Shown here piece after piece: positions 60,640 to 64,000 of a stretch of 64,000 nucleotides of DNA. The position numbers and the translations under genes are program-made. The notes under the pieces were generated by a model. That model made no database searches and was not told the origin of the DNA. It saw only the letters and a list, made by a program, of their open reading frames with translations. How positions within the stretch are numbered: position 1 is the stretch's first letter; each line of letters begins with the position of its first letter. Source of the stretch: Solirubrobacterales bacterium. GTDB taxonomy: Bacteria > Actinomycetota > Thermoleophilia > Solirubrobacterales > 70-9. The stretch is taken from positions 2,085-66,084 of the forward strand of contig DATDBO010000040.1 in the NCBI GenBank assembly GCA_036524775.1, in the 5' to 3' direction.

Positions 60640-62183
60640 TATTTGCCCTGTTCGAAGGTGTGCTGGTAGATCGTCGCCGCCCCGCTGCCGTAGATCGGCG
60701 TGAAGGGAGCCTGGGGGCTGCAGCCGGGGGCCGGGATCGTCGCAGTGCCGGTCTGTTCGGCGAAGGCGTATTTCTTCAGCCGTTCGAAGAAGTCGGTGGC
60801 TTTCTTGACGTCCCCTTGGGTCCGTTGGTTGAACGCCGGATCGTTGGGCGTGTTGGGGTCGAGCGTGGCAGTGATTCCCGAGCTGCACTGGCGGGTCTCG
60901 TAGTTGAGCAAACCTTTGGCCAGCCTGCTCGAGGAGCCCGGCCGGATATAGGCGCTGTTGCGGTTGTTCGTCAGCCGGTTCGGGTAGACCGCCAGCGATT
61001 CCGGGCCGAACGGTCCCAGTGCGCGCAGGTAATGGATCTGCTTGCCCTCGGTCGACAGCCGCACCGCGTTGGTCGCCGAGGCGACGTTCCCCAACGTCGC
61101 CGCCAGCTCGCGTTTGTAGAGGTCGAGGCCGGTGAGGATCGGGTTGAGGTTGCGCAGGAAGGGGTCGACAGCGCGCAACAGGACGGGGAAGTCGGAGCGG
61201 AGGAACTTGCGCAGCGCGCCGAAGCCGCTCGGCGCCCGGTCGATCACCGGTTCCACCCCTTCGAAGAACCCCTTCGCCTGAGGGGCGAAGCGCGAGAGGG
61301 CGATCAGCGTCGGCGAGAGCTGTTCCGCCGCCGGCACGAGTTGGCGGAGGAGCGGATCGGTCTCGATCGCGAACTCTTTGAGCCGGTCGAAGGTCAGCCT
61401 CGACTCGTCCTGGAACGTCGGGAAGGCGCGGAAGAGCGCTTCGATGTCGCGGTTGCGCGCCGCGGTGGTGCTGAAGACGGCGTCTGAGTTGCGGATCAGC
61501 TCGGCGAGCTGTCCTTCACGACCGCGCAGGGCCTGCAGGCTGACCGCGCCGTTGCTGAACAGCTGCCGGACCGCGAGCCGCTGCGTGTCGAGCAGCCGGA
61601 AGAGCCGATCGAACTCGTTGAAGAAGGGGTCGAGCGAGGCGAGCGCGTAGGAGAACGACTGGCCCTGGCCGCCGATCGCGACGGCGCCTTCCTGCATCCA
61701 TTCCTGGAAAGCGGCGCGGGTGCGCTCGTCGAAGGTGCGGAAGATCTCATCGAGCTGGACCGATTCGGCCACGTTGGCTTTCGCCAGCGTCGCCCCGTCG
61801 GGCAGGTTCGGCCCGTCAGCGTCGCCGGGGGTCAGCTCGACGTAGGTCTCGCCGAGCAGCGTCTTGGTGCGCAGGATCGCCCGCGTCCCTTCCGGGATCG
61901 GCCCGTACTTGTCTTCGATGTCGATCGTCGCCAAGGCGCGCGTGCCGTCGGGTGAAACCTCGATCGTCTGCACTTTGCCGACCGAGACGCCGGAGATCCG
62001 CACGTCGGACTGCTGGGCGAGCTGGGTGGCCTCGTTGAAGGGGACCTTGATCTGGTACGGCTTCGCTTTGAACGGCGTCGGCCCGCCGAAGGTGATCCAG
62101 AGGAAGAGCAGGATGCCGAAGCACGACAGGGCGAAGCCTGCGATGACCAAGAGCTGTCCGGTGCTGGGGGCTTGCTTGCTCAT
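60639..62183 (-). CDS. MCE-family (MlaD domain) protein
   Basis: N-terminal TM, then an MlaD-like domain (YQIKVPFNEATQLAQQSDVRISGVSVGKV). Confidence 0.85.
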   Translation of the reverse strand: MSKQAPSTGQLLVIAGFALSCFGILLFLWITFGGPTPFKAKPYQIKVPFNEATQLAQQSDVRISGVSVGKVQTIEVSPDGTRALATIDIEDKYGPIPEGTRAILRTKTLLGETYVELTPGDADGPNLPDGATLAKANVAESVQLDEIFRTFDERTRAAFQEWMQEGAVAIGGQGQSFSYALASLDPFFNEFDRLFRLLDTQRLAVRQLFSNGAVSLQALRGREGQLAELIRNSDAVFSTTAARNRDIEALFRAFPTFQDESRLTFDRLKEFAIETDPLLRQLVPAAEQLSPTLIALSRFAPQAKGFFEGVEPVIDRAPSGFGALRKFLRSDFPVLLRAVDPFLRNLNPILTGLDLYKRELAATLGNVASATNAVRLSTEGKQIHYLRALGPFGPESLAVYPNRLTNNRNSAYIRPGSSSRLAKGLLNYETRQCSSGITATLDPNTPNDPAFNQRTQGDVKKATDFFERLKKYAFAEQTGTATIPAPGCSPQAPFTPIYGSGAATIYQHTFEQGK

Positions 62184-63586
62184 TTCGGCCCGCAGCTGAT
62201 TCCGGGGTTGTCAGGGTCTTCGGGGATCGGCGGCAGTTCTTCCGGCGCCGGAAGGCGCGTGCCCTGGAGGACGGTCCTCAGGTATGGCTTCAGCGAGGTC
62301 AGGTTGTAGGCGAGGAAGGAGCCGTTGCAAGAGGTGAACACGGTTCCCCGCAGCAGGGGTCCGCCGGCATCGGTCAGGTTGAAGTTCGCGTTGAGGTCGT
62401 GGTTGAGCCAAGGGAGGTAGAAGAGGAAGCTCTCCTTCCTGCCCTTCGGATTGAAGGCGAGCACGTTGAGGAAGCGGTTGATCTCACCGAGGGAGTCACC
62501 GAAGGCGCTGACCGAGGTGTCGAGATCTGCCGCACCTTCGTTGAGATGAGTAAGGACCGGCCGGATCTGGCGGGTGAAGGGCCGGATCTGGTCGCGGATC
62601 GGCACCGTGGTCTGCCTGAACAAACGCTCGCTGGCTTCGAAGGCCGGCACCGAGGCCTGCGCCTGCGGGATCAGCCCGAGCAGCGCGGGTCGAGAAGCGG
62701 TCGAGAAGCGGTCGGAGGCAGCGAAGGCGGAACGCAGAGCCACAAGGGTCGAGGGGAACTCGACCAGCGTCTCCTGCAGCGCGTCCTGCTGGTTGGCGAA
62801 GTTGCCGAGCGCCTCCTTGGAGGAGCTGACGAAGCGTTCGAGGGCAGCGTCGTGGCGGCCCAGCTCGGTCGTCAGCTCGCCGAAGTTGTGGATCACCCTG
62901 GCCAGCTCGCGCCGGCGCTGCGCAACGGCCCGGTTGAGGTCGGCGATGTAGTGGGCGAAGGGCTGGAGGCGTCGGAAGGCACCGGAGAGCTGGCGGCCGC
63001 GGCCGCCGATCCCCTGCCCGCCGCCGGCGACGAGCAGCTGCAGGTACTGCTGCGTGTCGCGGTCGAGCGTCGCCAGGAACGCTTCGAACTGGATGCTCGG
63101 TTCGGTTCGAGAGAGCGGGAAGCGGTGGCCGTCCTCGACGTGCTCGGTGCCCGTCCCGGGATCGATCTCGATCGTCATGTCGTTGAGGTTCGTTTTCGGC
63201 CGCAGCAACAGGTTCGCGTCGGGGTGGATCAACTCGACGTACTTCGGCTCGATGTCCATGCCGACGACGGCGTGGCCGTCTTCGAGGTCTACCGAGGAGA
63301 TCTTGCCGACCTGGATGCCGGCGATCACCACTGCCTGACCCTGGCCCGGCGTGACCGCCTGGGCGTTGCTGAAGTCCGCCGAGATGCTGACGAAGTCTTC
63401 GCCTACCAGCGGCGCCCACGACGGCAGTGAGGCTTTCTGCTGGGTGAAGATCCACAGCGTCATCACGATCGCGATCACGCTGAGCACGACGATTGCGATC
63501 GTGTCTTTACCGCGGCCGCGAGACTGGCGCGACAGCGACGTGCGGAAGTGGCGCCAGCGGCTCACGTTGGGGTCTCTCTCACTCAT
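62180..63586 (-). CDS. MCE-family (MlaD domain) protein
   Basis: TM plus ISADFSNAQAVTPGQGQAVVIAGIQVGKI. 4-nt overlap with the downstream gene. Confidence 0.85.
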   Translation of the reverse strand: MSERDPNVSRWRHFRTSLSRQSRGRGKDTIAIVVLSVIAIVMTLWIFTQQKASLPSWAPLVGEDFVSISADFSNAQAVTPGQGQAVVIAGIQVGKISSVDLEDGHAVVGMDIEPKYVELIHPDANLLLRPKTNLNDMTIEIDPGTGTEHVEDGHRFPLSRTEPSIQFEAFLATLDRDTQQYLQLLVAGGGQGIGGRGRQLSGAFRRLQPFAHYIADLNRAVAQRRRELARVIHNFGELTTELGRHDAALERFVSSSKEALGNFANQQDALQETLVEFPSTLVALRSAFAASDRFSTASRPALLGLIPQAQASVPAFEASERLFRQTTVPIRDQIRPFTRQIRPVLTHLNEGAADLDTSVSAFGDSLGEINRFLNVLAFNPKGRKESFLFYLPWLNHDLNANFNLTDAGGPLLRGTVFTSCNGSFLAYNLTSLKPYLRTVLQGTRLPAPEELPPIPEDPDNPGISCGPK

Positions 63587-64000
63587 GGGCTCACCGTCGT
63601 GAAGCTGGGTGCGCCGACCTGGCCGAGCGGACCGTTGAGGTCGGGCAGCGGCTGGGTCGAACAGCGGACGTTCGGCTTCTTCGGCGGCCGGCCCCCGAGC
63701 TGGGGCTGCACGCCGGCGGGAGCGGTGACGGTGTTGGCCCAGAGATCTTCGTCAACCGTGAACTGGCTGTCGGGGTTCTTCTGCCTGACCAGGGTGCCGC
63801 CGCCGCCGGCCTGAGCACGGAGGTAGTAGCCGTTGCCGTCGAAGTTCTGGGCGATGCCGGAGAAGTTGGTGAGGTAATAGAAGAACTCGCGGTAGTTGGG
63901 CCCGGTGGCGAAGCGGTCTTCGATCGTCTGGTTGCCGGTCGGTACGAAAACTCGGCTCGTGCAGAGGCTGATCCGGTTGATCTCCGGGATCGTGTTCGCT
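63583..64000 (-). CDS. MCE-family protein, C-terminal part (gene continues beyond the window)
   Basis: Hand translation gives ...PNYREFFYYLTNFSGIAQNFDGNGYYLRAQ...PLGQVGAPSFTTVSP*, resembling the C-terminal region of the 468-aa neighbour. Its TGA overlaps the next ATG. Not in the supplied track. Confidence 0.65.
   Translation of the reverse strand, partial: ANTIPEINRISLCTSRVFVPTGNQTIEDRFATGPNYREFFYYLTNFSGIAQNFDGNGYYLRAQAGGGGTLVRQKNPDSQFTVDEDLWANTVTAPAGVQPQLGGRPPKKPNVRCSTQPLPDLNGPLGQVGAPSFTTVSP

Overview
Very GC-rich (third codon positions almost all G/C) Actinomycetota-like chromosomal segment; I cannot name the organism from sequence alone. Most long antisense ORFs in the six-frame track are GC artefacts.

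Recognisable housekeeping content:
- SF2 helicase, TlpA-like thioredoxin, NfeD/SPFH pair, GalT-like HIT enzyme
- pyrE, an SDR epimerase, an L,D-transpeptidase, a CPBP protease, PBP1A, thiL
- an MprA/MprB/PepD-like two-component system plus HtrA module
- TreT-like and OtsA trehalose genes
- the rpsF-ssb-rpsR-rplI-dnaB block, with an intein in DnaB and a coupled DnaC/DnaI-like ATPase
- purA, a TetR regulator, and the start of an mce operon

Accessory content:
1. A tRNA-Arg(CCT) integration hotspot (8988-18014). It has two upstream copies of the tRNA 5' half, one downstream copy of the 3' part, a tyrosine integrase whose ORF runs into the tRNA, XRE regulators, orphan cargo genes and decayed nucleotidyltransferase/TA-like modules.
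2. An IS110-family element between otsA and rpsF.
3. The most unusual region: a co-directional locus of about 14.5 kb (18464-33003, minus strand). It encodes only signal-peptide or signal-anchor proteins plus one PucR-type regulator. The proteins are a collagen-like GXY protein, two about 1340-aa NHL/Fn3-like/PD40-like paralogues, a 946-aa protein built from repeated modules, and a 395-aa internally duplicated protein. The three giant proteins share a Cys-flanked polybasic C-terminal tail that matches no sorting signal I know.

The module of the 946-aa protein seems to recur in two tandem 264-aa secreted paralogues at 58825-60578. No CRISPR array or rRNA was seen.
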